From a virus, in IMG/VR virus record IMGVR_UViG_3300025626_000004: DNA of 64,000 bases; one strand, given 5' to 3'. Of the stretch, positions 20,611 to 30,263 are shown one piece after another. How positions within the stretch are numbered: position 1 is the first letter of the stretch; each line of letters opens with the position of its first letter. Below the pieces are notes generated by a model. It was not told the DNA's origin and did no database searches. It saw only the letters and a program-made list of their open reading frames with translations. The translations under genes and the position numbers were made by a program.

Positions 20611-21618
20611 ATGGCTAAAAATTTAAGTACATTTCAACCTGGTGCAGGACGCGCAAACCCCGAATTAGTATATTATACAGATATATATTCATCAGCGTGG
20701 GGGAATGAGGAAACCGCAAATAACGAATCAGCGTATGGGAACCAGTTTACGTTCATCGACAAGTGTGCTACTCATTCAGGTAAAAAGTATATAAAAGATA
20801 AGACTCACCTTTGGACAATTTCTAATGGTGGACAAGGCGGTGGTTCTTGTTGCTGTATGCAAGGTATGATGGGTTATAATGGTGCTAGTTTTAAATATAC
20901 TCCACAATGGTCTGATGGTGATAGTGATTATATTCAATTATGTCAAAGGCCAGCAAATACATGTTGCATCCCGCAAAGCGCTCAGACGGCCGGAGTGGCA
21001 GGGTGGAGAATATGCCATCTAATAGGTACTAAAGCTAGTCCTGTTATTAAACAAAATTTATGTGCGGTTGGTGCATGTGGTGGTACAACAGTATGTAATG
21101 GTGACTACAACAACGCCTGTTGTAATTATGGTGCATTGAATATCCAAACCAATAACTTTAAATGGTGTTGCTGCCAAGGCACAACCATCGGTGTAACTGC
21201 TCTTTGCTTTACGACTGATGCTGAAACACCTCCAGCCGCTTGCAAAGAAGCCGGATATGACGCTACCTTATGTAGATACCAAGGACCGGCAGGTTATGAA
21301 GTTGGATCGTGTGTTAATAGAACCACCGGCAACAACACGTATAAACAGCGTATGCATTATACTCCAATCTGGAAAGGTTCTGCATTTAGACAAGGTTTGA
21401 TCGCAAGATCTGGTATTTATAAATGCGCTCCAGGGCAGGGTGGATGGATGCATCGTTGTTCATTAGGTTGTACGTATGGTACTATGAATGCGTTCGGAGA
21501 TTACTGGTGGGCAGGATCATCAATGATGGGCGCAAACGTCACAGGCGGTAACTGTTGTTGCGGGTCACCCGGACAGTCCGGTATTACTGTAATTAGATAT
21601 GAAGCAGAGGCAGAATAA
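20611..21618 (+). CDS. Cys/Gly-rich protein, paralogue B2
   Basis: MAKNLSTFQPG.GR; CCCMQG; terminal GGNCCCGSPG. Confidence 0.75.
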   Translation: MAKNLSTFQPGAGRANPELVYYTDIYSSAWGNEETANNESAYGNQFTFIDKCATHSGKKYIKDKTHLWTISNGGQGGGSCCCMQGMMGYNGASFKYTPQWSDGDSDYIQLCQRPANTCCIPQSAQTAGVAGWRICHLIGTKASPVIKQNLCAVGACGGTTVCNGDYNNACCNYGALNIQTNNFKWCCCQGTTIGVTALCFTTDAETPPAACKEAGYDATLCRYQGPAGYEVGSCVNRTTGNNTYKQRMHYTPIWKGSAFRQGLIARSGIYKCAPGQGGWMHRCSLGCTYGTMNAFGDYWWAGSSMMGANVTGGNCCCGSPGQSGITVIRYEAEAE

Positions 21619-22676
21619 TGGCTAAAAAATTACAGGTTTTCTTAGGGCAATACTTAGGCGAACCATCGCCACTTGAATCACATGAGGCCCCAGAAAGCGA
21701 AATCACTTGGCCATTGAATTATAGCTGTGGTGGAAGATACGCTGGATATGAAACAGTAAATAGTGCGGGTAGTAATGTTACAGGCGGGGCGGTTACTAAT
21801 GTTGCGGCTTATACAGCATGGAAATGGGTAGTTCCGGCAGGTGTAACTAGAGCTACATTTAAACTTTGGGGCGGTGGCGGTGGCGGTGCCGCCAGTCATT
21901 GCTGTATGCAAGGTCTGCATGGCGGATCTGGTGCCCATGCTATTAAAACGGTTTCTGTCACTGCTGGAGATGTATATTGTGCATGTTATACTGACTTAGA
22001 TAAAGTTTGCTGTTCACAGTACGACAATATTGCTGGACAGACGCTTGACCAGGCTGCTGGCACACTTGATACTGCACCTTTGCATAGAGGTGAGCGCGGT
22101 CCTAAAGCTTTTATTATTGGTACTGGTCTTACAAATTTCTGTGCAGAAGGCGGTGCTCCTGGAATTGTGCGATGTAATTGGTATTCCCGATGGTTCGCCC
22201 TTGTTACAGCTGCTGTAGCATGCTGTAAAACAATTTGTATGAAAGATGTAGTACAAAGAACCATGGAAGACAGTGCTAATGATGTGTACAGAAGAGCTAA
22301 TTACTATGGAGCCGATTTCGGATCTAAGGGTATGTGGTCGTGTATGCAACTTAGTTGCTGTGGAACTAATGATATAGCTGCAGGTCGGTGTGGAGATAAA
22401 CACTTTATTCCATATCCTGGTGGATTAAACCATTGGAATTCTGGATTTCAAGAAAAACCATCGATTAACGGTGGCCACACTATGTACAAACAATGCAATA
22501 TAATGCCGGAAATCCATGGAATATTTACAAAACATATTGCGCAAAGTATGGGTAGACAGTGTCAAAATATGCAAACAATACCTGGGGTGCCCGGTCTTTC
22601 AACTTGGACATGTGGCGGTACTTGTTGTTGTGCTACTACTGGTGGTCCACCTCTTATAAAAATAAGCTATTCATAA
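21618..22676 (+). CDS. Cys/Gly-rich protein, paralogue C2
   Basis: MAKKLQ; WVVPAG, WGGGGGG, CCMQGLHGGSGA, GLTNFCAEGG, TCGGTCCC. Confidence 0.75.
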   Translation: MAKKLQVFLGQYLGEPSPLESHEAPESEITWPLNYSCGGRYAGYETVNSAGSNVTGGAVTNVAAYTAWKWVVPAGVTRATFKLWGGGGGGAASHCCMQGLHGGSGAHAIKTVSVTAGDVYCACYTDLDKVCCSQYDNIAGQTLDQAAGTLDTAPLHRGERGPKAFIIGTGLTNFCAEGGAPGIVRCNWYSRWFALVTAAVACCKTICMKDVVQRTMEDSANDVYRRANYYGADFGSKGMWSCMQLSCCGTNDIAAGRCGDKHFIPYPGGLNHWNSGFQEKPSINGGHTMYKQCNIMPEIHGIFTKHIAQSMGRQCQNMQTIPGVPGLSTWTCGGTCCCATTGGPPLIKISYS

Positions 22677-22685
22677 GGAACTAAA

Positions 22686-23375
22686 ATGGCAAACATAACA
22701 AAAACGTTTAGCTTTAAAGTGCCAGACGACTATACATTACAAGAAGCTTCAAATGATTCCTCGGTTAGCTTTACGTATCATGGTCCGGCATATCTTAGGG
22801 TGCAAATTAATCCTGCAGGCATTATGGAGGGTGTAGAAAGTATTACTCTTGATGAGTGGGTTGCGGAAGGCGATGAAGATGGAGCTGTTTTAGTTAACGC
22901 TGAGGCACAACCTTTAGAAGCTTCTATTTTTTGGGAAATGAGAGATTCTGATATAATGGATCTATCATTGAGAACAAAAACTGGCCCAGATGGATTGGAG
23001 TACAAATATCCGTGGCCGCTGCCACCTCACAAGGCATATGAAGCAACTGCTATGACTTATTCACCAGCATTGCGGTTATGGCAGAAACCTTATCCATTCC
23101 ATCAGCCATGGACTGATTGGAATCTACTTAGTAGGCAAGCGAACAATGTTGCTGCAAATGCAACAGAATGGTTAGCAAAAGATGCGGTTGTTGCGGATTC
23201 TGATCTTACAGTAGCATGGACACGCATTCAAACAGAAGCAATTAATAAAGTTTCAGCGTATTCTGTGGGTGGCTTTCTTCCGCATGAAGTAACATTTAGA
23301 TTTACACCCGAAGATTCTGATCAGGGTGTTATTAATGATGCAATTGCCGCAGCATTAGATTCTGACGAAGGATAA
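22686..23375 (+). CDS. Hypothetical protein ending the Cys-rich operon (possible fibre assembly factor)
   Basis: AAGGA RBS; 229 aa; followed by a hairpin. Confidence 0.6.
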   Translation: MANITKTFSFKVPDDYTLQEASNDSSVSFTYHGPAYLRVQINPAGIMEGVESITLDEWVAEGDEDGAVLVNAEAQPLEASIFWEMRDSDIMDLSLRTKTGPDGLEYKYPWPLPPHKAYEATAMTYSPALRLWQKPYPFHQPWTDWNLLSRQANNVAANATEWLAKDAVVADSDLTVAWTRIQTEAINKVSAYSVGGFLPHEVTFRFTPEDSDQGVINDAIAAALDSDEG

Positions 23376-23380
23376 CTACC

Positions 23381-23402
23381 GGAGAGCCCTACGGGGCTCT
23401 CT
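23381..23402 (+). terminator. Stem-loop with cUACGg tetraloop
   Basis: GGAGAGCCC-TACG-GGGCTCTCT just after stop; no strong U tract. Confidence 0.55.
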
Positions 23403-23472
23403 GAAAACGTTTATATATAAACGTATAATGATGATGACTATTCATTTATAATTAATTCTTGTGAGGTGCAAA

Positions 23473-24435
23473 ATGACAAGATCGACAGCGTTCTTTGTAA
23501 ACGGTGGAGCAGGCCGACATATCTGTTCAATCCCAGCATTCGAAAAATATGAAGCCGAAAATCCTGATGATGATTTTATCATTGTCTGTGAGGGCGGTAT
23601 GGACATGTATAAAGGTCACCCGACTTTGCATGCCCGTTCATATGATAACTGGCACAAAAATCTATTCCAAGATAAAATCAAAGATAGGAATTGTGTTACT
23701 ACTGAACCATATCGTGTTTGGGAATACTATAATCAAAAGGCAAATCTAGTTTCAGCCTTTGATATCCAGGTTAATGATAAAGGTTTGCGTGATCTACCAG
23801 ATCCTACTCTATACTTAACTGCTGCAGAACTGATTCAAGGTCAAGATATAATCGATGAAGTTCGTGAAAAAACTAAAAAAGAAAAAGTAATTGTATTCCA
23901 ACCATATGGGCGTAGTACGCAGCCTATGGGTAGTAAAGGTCAACACCTAGTTGATAGTGGTGGTAGGTCATTTGGATTAAACGATACGATTAAATTAATA
24001 AAAAAATTACAGAAAAAATATGCAGTCGTATTATTTTCTGAATTTCAAGGTGATTGGTCTCAGCACGGTATTACTGAACCCGTTGCTCAACCAGAAGGTG
24101 CTCCATTACGTATTTGGGCATCAGCAATTAAAGCTGCAAATGGTTTCTTGGGCTGTGACAGTGTAGGACAACACTTTGCATATTCAACCAAAACTCCGGC
24201 AGTAACTGTATTAGGATCAACATATCAAGAAAATGTAAGTTACCCAGACAATGATATTTTTCAGGTGTTGGATCTTGGCCATGATCGCCGTAAATATGAT
24301 CCTATCCGTATTTCTTTTGAAGAAGAAATTTCTATGGCACATGAAGGTATTATGATGCTATCTGAAGGCGCAATCAATGAGATTGCTAAAGAACTTGATA
24401 TGGTTATTTCAAAGGGTGCTAAAAATGAAAAATGA
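23473..24435 (+). CDS. GT9-like glycosyltransferase (putative ADP-heptose-dependent heptosyltransferase)
   Basis: N-terminal GG.G..IC.IPA; VFQPYG; AIKAANGFLGCDSVGQHFA....PAVTVLGST matches the GT9 DSG..HLA region. Confidence 0.7.
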   Translation: MTRSTAFFVNGGAGRHICSIPAFEKYEAENPDDDFIIVCEGGMDMYKGHPTLHARSYDNWHKNLFQDKIKDRNCVTTEPYRVWEYYNQKANLVSAFDIQVNDKGLRDLPDPTLYLTAAELIQGQDIIDEVREKTKKEKVIVFQPYGRSTQPMGSKGQHLVDSGGRSFGLNDTIKLIKKLQKKYAVVLFSEFQGDWSQHGITEPVAQPEGAPLRIWASAIKAANGFLGCDSVGQHFAYSTKTPAVTVLGSTYQENVSYPDNDIFQVLDLGHDRRKYDPIRISFEEEISMAHEGIMMLSEGAINEIAKELDMVISKGAKNEK

Positions 24436-26236
24436 TATTTGGATTGCAGGTATTGCTAGAGGGCATAATGCTGGTGTATGTCTACTAAAAAACGGTGAAA
24501 TTGTATTTTCTATTGAGGAAGAACGGCTTTCTCGCAGAAAATATGACGGTGGTCCATATGCAGGAATGGTAAAAATTCTTGATTATACCGATAAGCTTGA
24601 TTATTTGGTAGTAGCACACACTCAATCACTTCAGGAAACTGCTGGTAAAGTAGATTTTTCTGGCGAAGATGTGTACACCGGGCTTGCTAGAAAGCTTGGA
24701 TTGATAGATCAAAACATTCAGACGCAGGCGCATCCACAAGTTATCGATATGTCTCAGCAGCACCATAAATTACATGCTGCTGTAGCATTCTATAGGTCTC
24801 CATTTGAGGAAGCAGTAGCACTTATTGCTGATGGTGCCGGTTCAATGATCCCGGTTTCAAACCCAAATACAGGGGAAGGTCTTGCGCTATGGGAATATGA
24901 ATCTATCATTACGGCGTCCTACCCCGCAAACTTTAAGACCATGTACAAACACCTGGGTTGCAGAGATCCATTAGTTGGTGCTGACGCATCATTTAGTGGT
25001 GAGCAATTTGGTGAAGAAGGCGAGTTTGAAGTTATGATTTCAGACCGTGGTGGTATCACTAAAACATATGAGGCTGTTACGCAATACTGTGGTTGGCAAC
25101 CAATAGAAGCCGGCAAAACTATGGGATTATTTCCATATGGTAATGAGAACTCTGACCTAGATAATTTGTTTGATCCTCGTTCACCACATCCTGGCGTATT
25201 TGATAGAAATCTTTTTATTCCAAATGTTCCTAACGGTGCATTTGTGAATGACGGATTCTATAAATTCTTGCAAGCAAATGCAGAACAATATGAAGCCGTA
25301 GATGGAGATGTTACTAAGCTTGATTCTCGAAGAGATATGGCATATGCTATTCAAACTCAGTCTCAAGCTCAAATGGTTAAACTGATCCGAAAAGCCGTAG
25401 AGATGGGCGACACAAAGAATGTAGTGATCTCTGGTGGCTATGGTCTTAATTGTGTGGCAAACTATGCATATCTTGATGCGCTTAAAGATGAAGGGATTAA
25501 CATTTATGTAGAACCGATTTCTAATGATGCCGGTACCGCGATGGGTGCAGCCCTAATGTATTGGCATGCTCGCACTGACGACGAAACTAATAGAGATCTT
25601 AATACTTTGTATTTGGGTCCAGATCACAATTATACTATTGATGATATTGCATTGGCCGTAACAAAGAGTGATACGGCTGTAATGAAAGATGCTAACGATA
25701 AAGACATAGTTGATCTTATTACAAGTAAGAACATCGTAACTGTCTTCCAAGGTCGTTCTGAGAATGGACCACGGGCGCTTGGAAACAGATCTATTCTATT
25801 CGATCCTACACTTGAAGATGGTAAAGATTATGTCAACCTAGTAAAGAACCGTGAGTACTTTAGACCATTTGCTGGATCTATTCTAGCCGAAGACGTACAC
25901 GAATGGTTTGATTTACGCGGAATGGATGAGACACCGCACATGATGTACGCGGTTAATTGTCAACCAGGAATAGAAGAAAAGATTCCGGCTATCATCCACA
26001 TTGACGGGACATGTCGTATTCAGACTGTTACTAAGGAACAAAATCCTTTGTACCATCGTTTGATTACTGCATTCAAAGATAAGACTGGTGTACCTATCGT
26101 GTTTAATACCAGTTTTAACTTGGGGGGAGACCCTCTCGTAGAAACTATTGATCATGCTATCGATACTTTGGAAAAATCAGATATCGAATATCTTTATTTA
26201 CCGGAGCATGGAAAGCTTATCACAGTTTCAAATTAA
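24425..26236 (+). CDS. O-carbamoyltransferase (NodU/CmcH/TobZ family)
   Basis: EEERLSRRK, HH.LHA, DGAG, GKTMGL..YG, SGGYGLNCVAN, DAGTA.GAA, GPRALGNRS, RE.FRPFA, NTSFN. Confidence 0.92.
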   Translation: MKNDIWIAGIARGHNAGVCLLKNGEIVFSIEEERLSRRKYDGGPYAGMVKILDYTDKLDYLVVAHTQSLQETAGKVDFSGEDVYTGLARKLGLIDQNIQTQAHPQVIDMSQQHHKLHAAVAFYRSPFEEAVALIADGAGSMIPVSNPNTGEGLALWEYESIITASYPANFKTMYKHLGCRDPLVGADASFSGEQFGEEGEFEVMISDRGGITKTYEAVTQYCGWQPIEAGKTMGLFPYGNENSDLDNLFDPRSPHPGVFDRNLFIPNVPNGAFVNDGFYKFLQANAEQYEAVDGDVTKLDSRRDMAYAIQTQSQAQMVKLIRKAVEMGDTKNVVISGGYGLNCVANYAYLDALKDEGINIYVEPISNDAGTAMGAALMYWHARTDDETNRDLNTLYLGPDHNYTIDDIALAVTKSDTAVMKDANDKDIVDLITSKNIVTVFQGRSENGPRALGNRSILFDPTLEDGKDYVNLVKNREYFRPFAGSILAEDVHEWFDLRGMDETPHMMYAVNCQPGIEEKIPAIIHIDGTCRIQTVTKEQNPLYHRLITAFKDKTGVPIVFNTSFNLGGDPLVETIDHAIDTLEKSDIEYLYLPEHGKLITVSN

Positions 26237-26256
26237 GAGATGCACCTCTTAGAATT

Positions 26257-26288
26257 AAAGCCGGACATTAGTTTGTCCGGCTTTTTTT
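26257..26288. terminator. Rho-independent terminator between convergent genes
   Basis: AAAGCCGGACA-ttagtt-TGTCCGGCTTT followed by a T run. Confidence 0.75.
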
Positions 26289-26556
26289 AAGAACCCAACC
26301 AAACATCAAAAGAACCGTCTTTGTTAAGTTCTAAGTCTTCAATAAAGACATGATGCTCATCGCCTGACTGAGCGATAAGAGAGTCAACCGCAGTTTGAAC
26401 ACCAATTTGATCAGCTGTAGTAAGGAATGTAGAAACTTCGGCAAATGTATATCCATTTGCATCTTCACCATTGATGAATGTATACGCTATACGAGAGTTA
26501 GCTTTAAGAGTTGCTGGAAGTTCAATGTCACACCATACTGATTTAAAGTTGTTCAT
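26287..26556 (-). CDS. Small hypothetical early protein
   Basis: 89 aa, AG-rich RBS, own early-type promoter. Confidence 0.6.
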   Translation of the reverse strand: MNNFKSVWCDIELPATLKANSRIAYTFINGEDANGYTFAEVSTFLTTADQIGVQTAVDSLIAQSGDEHHVFIEDLELNKDGSFDVWLGS

Positions 26557-26577
26557 TTTGATCTCTCTCTTGTTATC

Positions 26578-26622
26578 TTGTTTCTATAATTAGAATAATA
26601 CATTTGAGAAGTCTTGTACACA
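26578..26622 (-). promoter_or_regulatory. Early-type promoter GTGTAC-N18-TATTCT (45-bp exact repeat, copy 1)
   Basis: Identical to 58078-58122 and similar to 45849-45880; upstream A tract. Confidence 0.75.
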
Positions 26623-26657
26623 GTTAATTTGCAATTAAATGCGTTTTTTTACTTTTT

Positions 26658-27302
26658 TTATAATAAAGATTCTGCAAAGTCTAATAGGTTATTATAAACT
26701 TTAGTCTTCTTCTTAAGAGGTCTATTAGCAAAGCTATTAAACTTTTTCTCATCTTCGCTGTATTTGCCGGTTTTAACTAATATTGGTTTAAGATTAGCTT
26801 TGTCTGCCATCTTAGCATCAACCAACCTATCGCCAACATAATATCCGCCTTTGATAGGAACACGAAACTCATCGCGCAATCGTTTTAACATTGCTGTTTT
26901 TGGCTTAGCATACATATCATCTTTAGAATCAGACATGTTATAGAGCACGCCATCTATACTAGGACACCCAACATCACCGAACAACTCAATCATATAGTTG
27001 TTCATATCTTCTACTTCATCAATAGTTAGTTCACCTCTAGAGATGCCTGGTTGGTCAAAGATGACAGCTAGCTTATATCCTTTAGCCCTAATCATAGAGA
27101 CAGCCGCAAGTGAACCTTCGATAGGGATAAACCTATCTCTAGTTTTAATTCCATCCTTACATTCAATCAAAACACCATCACGGTCGATAGCAATAAGTGG
27201 CTTAGTATATTTCTTATTCAATTGAGATCTATCTAATAGCTGATCAGGAGAACCTTGCTGAATATCAGCCGAAGATTCTTCGCCCCACATGTTAAATGCC
27301 AT
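26658..27302 (-). CDS. gmhB: D-glycero-D-manno-heptose 1,7-bisphosphate phosphatase (HAD IIIA)
   Basis: IDRDGVL, QPGISRG, KPKTAM, YVGDRLVD, ILVKTG. Confidence 0.82.
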   Translation of the reverse strand: MAFNMWGEESSADIQQGSPDQLLDRSQLNKKYTKPLIAIDRDGVLIECKDGIKTRDRFIPIEGSLAAVSMIRAKGYKLAVIFDQPGISRGELTIDEVEDMNNYMIELFGDVGCPSIDGVLYNMSDSKDDMYAKPKTAMLKRLRDEFRVPIKGGYYVGDRLVDAKMADKANLKPILVKTGKYSEDEKKFNSFANRPLKKKTKVYNNLLDFAESLL

Positions 27303-28119
27303 TAATATAATCCAATACGTTAGTCCATTTCATATCAATGTGTTTTGACAGCTGATCAATGTTTGCTTCAGTGAATGTTTGGTAACTGCCTCTAAGTTGA
27401 TCTGGCATAGCAATATGATTAATAGTTACACCATATTTGGTAGCAATAGCTTCTCCAACCGCAGCAAAACTAACCGCATTACCAGTACCGACATTAAATA
27501 TTCCTGATACATCTACGTCGATCATTTTTTCGTGCACTTCGCATATATCGTCAACACATACAAAATCTCTCTTATACTCAGTAGAATTTTCAAATAACAT
27601 TATAGATTCATCAGTAACAGCTTGAAGCTTAAACTTTGTAACAGGAGACGCTTGATTTCCTTTATTACCTTCGAACTTACCATAGGCATTAAAATATCTA
27701 AAACCTTGAATGTTAATTGGCAATGAACCCATCGCTAAGGTTTCTGCGACAAACCTATCGACAAGATATTTGCTCCATGCATAACCATTCATTGGATGAC
27801 AATCATCACCCTCTTTAAACGTTTTACTATTGCCATATACAGATGCTGATGATGCGTATTGAATGTCAATATTCATCTCAAGACATTTAACAATTAGATC
27901 AGTAGTAAATTCATAATTCATTTCCATAAGCTTTTCAGCATTGGTTTCTGTAGTGCTACTAATAGCACCGCAGTGAATTACTAAATCTATACCTTTATGC
28001 AATAGAAGTTCAGGCGTATCTCCATACTCCCAACCTTCTACATTATGACCCTTACTTTTAAAGTAAAGCCAAAGATTCTTCCCGATAAAGCCCTTGTGGC
28101 CTGTTATTAATATATTCAT
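27292..28119 (-). CDS. gmhD: ADP-L-glycero-D-manno-heptose 6-epimerase
   Basis: ITGHKGFIG, GAISSTTE, YASSASVYG, YAWSK, RYFNAYG, RDFVCVDD, GIFNVGTG, YQTFTEA. Confidence 0.9.
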   Translation of the reverse strand: MNILITGHKGFIGKNLWLYFKSKGHNVEGWEYGDTPELLLHKGIDLVIHCGAISSTTETNAEKLMEMNYEFTTDLIVKCLEMNIDIQYASSASVYGNSKTFKEGDDCHPMNGYAWSKYLVDRFVAETLAMGSLPINIQGFRYFNAYGKFEGNKGNQASPVTKFKLQAVTDESIMLFENSTEYKRDFVCVDDICEVHEKMIDVDVSGIFNVGTGNAVSFAAVGEAIATKYGVTINHIAMPDQLRGSYQTFTEANIDQLSKHIDMKWTNVLDYINGI

Positions 28120-28978
28120 TGATTTCATCCATCGCTTCATTAAAATGATTTTGTTGTATAGCATATGTTCCTGAAGTGGCTACTGCTAACCCCGACATTT
28201 TATTTGCTATAATCACGGCATCTTGAACTGGCAGATTATTATATATACCGAAAGCTAACGCAGCGGTAAAAGTATCTCCAGCACCTGTAACATCAAACAC
28301 CTCTTGTGCGGTAGCCGCATAGTGTTCAATGGTATCTCCAACATATAGTACACCATCTGCACCAAGAGTGACAATGAAATGATGAATATCAAGTTCATTT
28401 CTTACTCGCTGTGCTTCTGACATTAACTGCTTAGGAGTTAATGTTTTACCTACATAGTCTTCGAATTCTTTAAGATTTGGCTTTAATATAAAAGCGCCTC
28501 TATATCTGTTTAATGAAACCTTTGGATCGACTATAGTTCTTTTCGATTTTTTAATAATTTTCTGAGGATCTTTTACAGTTCCCTTATTATAATCGGATAG
28601 TACAACTACGTCATATTGATTTGGTACAAAGAATTTATCTTGTACATCGTTATTTTCTATTCTTTTTTCTGCGTCAATTCTCGATACATAATGTGAACCA
28701 GAGAAGATGCGGAGCTTATGTGGCATGCTTTCTATTGATAATAGATTACCAGTCACAGCAATATCATCGAATATGTACTGAAAATCTTTGCTATAATAAG
28801 CATCTAGTGTAACTTGATTGGTCATGCCACGTATATTCATATATACATTACCAGCACCACCCAATGAAATCTTTTTACTATTTAATTCTACTATTGGTAC
28901 AGGGGCTTCTGGTGAGATACGTGATGTATCTCCATACCAGTACTCATCGATGATGAGATCGCCTATCACATGAATCAT
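28058..28978 (-). CDS. hldA: Heptose-7-phosphate kinase (HldE/RfaE domain I, PfkB family)
   Basis: VIGDLIIDEY.YG...RISPEAPVP, LGGAGNV, SDYNKG, VDPK, PNLKE, DVTGAGDT. Confidence 0.92.
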   Translation of the reverse strand: MIHVIGDLIIDEYWYGDTSRISPEAPVPIVELNSKKISLGGAGNVYMNIRGMTNQVTLDAYYSKDFQYIFDDIAVTGNLLSIESMPHKLRIFSGSHYVSRIDAEKRIENNDVQDKFFVPNQYDVVVLSDYNKGTVKDPQKIIKKSKRTIVDPKVSLNRYRGAFILKPNLKEFEDYVGKTLTPKQLMSEAQRVRNELDIHHFIVTLGADGVLYVGDTIEHYAATAQEVFDVTGAGDTFTAALAFGIYNNLPVQDAVIIANKMSGLAVATSGTYAIQQNHFNEAMDEINEYINNRPQGLYREESLALL

Positions 28979-28980
28979 AG

Positions 28981-28988
28981 TATAAATA
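28981..28988 (+). promoter_or_regulatory. T4-type late promoter driving hemO-pcyX
   Basis: TATAAATA about 33 nt before the hemO ATG, with GGAG RBS between. Confidence 0.7.
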
Positions 28989-29020
28989 CCAATCTATTAT
29001 ATAACATTATGGAGTTATTT

Positions 29021-29620
29021 ATGTCTTTAAAACTGTTGACTGCTTCAATACATAAAGAAGCAGAAGAAATGAAGTGGTCTAAATTATTAGTTTCTGGTAA
29101 TATGACAAGAAACCAATATGGTCAATATCTTTATAATCAATTGCAAATTTATTCTGCATTAGAAAATAGAGCTTTCGAATTAGGTTTTTTCAAAAAGTAT
29201 CCTATTTTTTATGGTATAAGACGCACACTTGCGATGAGCGGAGATTTAGCTTATTATGAACATGATATTGGTTTAGAACCTGCTACACTAGATTATATAG
29301 ACTATATATCATATGCATCAGAAGCTGAAGTCATTGCACATATGTACGTTAGGCACTTTGGCGATATGTATGGTGGTCAGATTATTAGAAAGAATCTACC
29401 AGAACCATATTGTGAAGCCGCAGTTAATTCCGAAACTGACGTAAAGCTATGGGAAGAATGTCCTGAAGTATATCAAAGCACATATATATTTGAAAATCGT
29501 CCGGAGCTTATAAAAGAATTTAGAACTCTATTAGATAAGTCTATGGGCGATGATGCTATTTCATGCTTCGAATACGCTATGAGATTATTCTCAGATTTGG
29601 AAAAACGTTTTGGTCTTTGA
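29021..29620 (+). CDS. hemO: Heme oxygenase (biliverdin-producing)
   Basis: LK..T...HKEAE proximal His, Y..YL.N...IYSALE, AHMYVRHFGDMYGGQII, F.YA..LF. Confidence 0.9.
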   Translation: MSLKLLTASIHKEAEEMKWSKLLVSGNMTRNQYGQYLYNQLQIYSALENRAFELGFFKKYPIFYGIRRTLAMSGDLAYYEHDIGLEPATLDYIDYISYASEAEVIAHMYVRHFGDMYGGQIIRKNLPEPYCEAAVNSETDVKLWEECPEVYQSTYIFENRPELIKEFRTLLDKSMGDDAISCFEYAMRLFSDLEKRFGL

Positions 29621-30263
29621 TAAGTTAATTGCCGCCAGCAAAAGGATGCAGAGAATATTAGAAGATAACTCTGTTAGCAACTCTCAACATCCTTTTGACT
29701 GGCCAGCAATTACTTATAAGAATCCAGGGGTATATCGTAGAGCCGACCTAGACATCATTGATGCAAGGCTCGATCGTAAGCTATGGATGATGCATCTATG
29801 CATATATCCGAAAGTTAGCGATCCGTCACCTATTTACGGCTTCGATATAATTGCTGGTCCTAACAAAGTTACTGGTGCCTTCCATGATTTCAGTCCAGTA
29901 GCATTTGATAACCCTATATTAACACAGTTCAAAGAGAATGTAAAACCTTTTATTCCATCAAAACGCAGAGAATTACCTGAGTGGGCAAGAAATATATTTA
30001 GCGATTCTATGGTATCAGCCGGTAATGTTAGAGACGGACAAGAATTAGACGACATTCTAGAATTAGCCATAACTAATCTAGAATATTATCTGACTGCTAT
30101 TGGTGAAGAAAGCGATAAAGATTATACAACTCAACACAATTGGTACTGTAAAAACCAAAAGAAAAATCCCCATACACCAAGGGTGATGGAGACTTTAGGC
30201 GTAGATCCTAAACGTGTTCGGGAATATATTGACGAATGTTTATTTCCTGAAATAGTTAATTGA
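29610..30263 (+). CDS. pcyX: Ferredoxin-dependent bilin reductase, PcyX type
   Basis: [49 protein letters not shown]; adjacent to heme oxygenase. Confidence 0.85.
   Translation: MVFDKLIAASKRMQRILEDNSVSNSQHPFDWPAITYKNPGVYRRADLDIIDARLDRKLWMMHLCIYPKVSDPSPIYGFDIIAGPNKVTGAFHDFSPVAFDNPILTQFKENVKPFIPSKRRELPEWARNIFSDSMVSAGNVRDGQELDDILELAITNLEYYLTAIGEESDKDYTTQHNWYCKNQKKNPHTPRVMETLGVDPKRVREYIDECLFPEIVN

Noticed and set aside
16593-22676. Cys-rich genes as RiPP precursors or selenoproteins
   Set aside because: They are 300+ aa with no leader/core layout or maturases nearby, and there are no in-frame TGA codons
29021-30263. Cyanophage ho1/pcyA/pebS assignment
   Set aside because: No photosystem genes are in the window, and the adjacent C4-pathway hemA is not cyanobacterial; the hemO-pcyX type fits better
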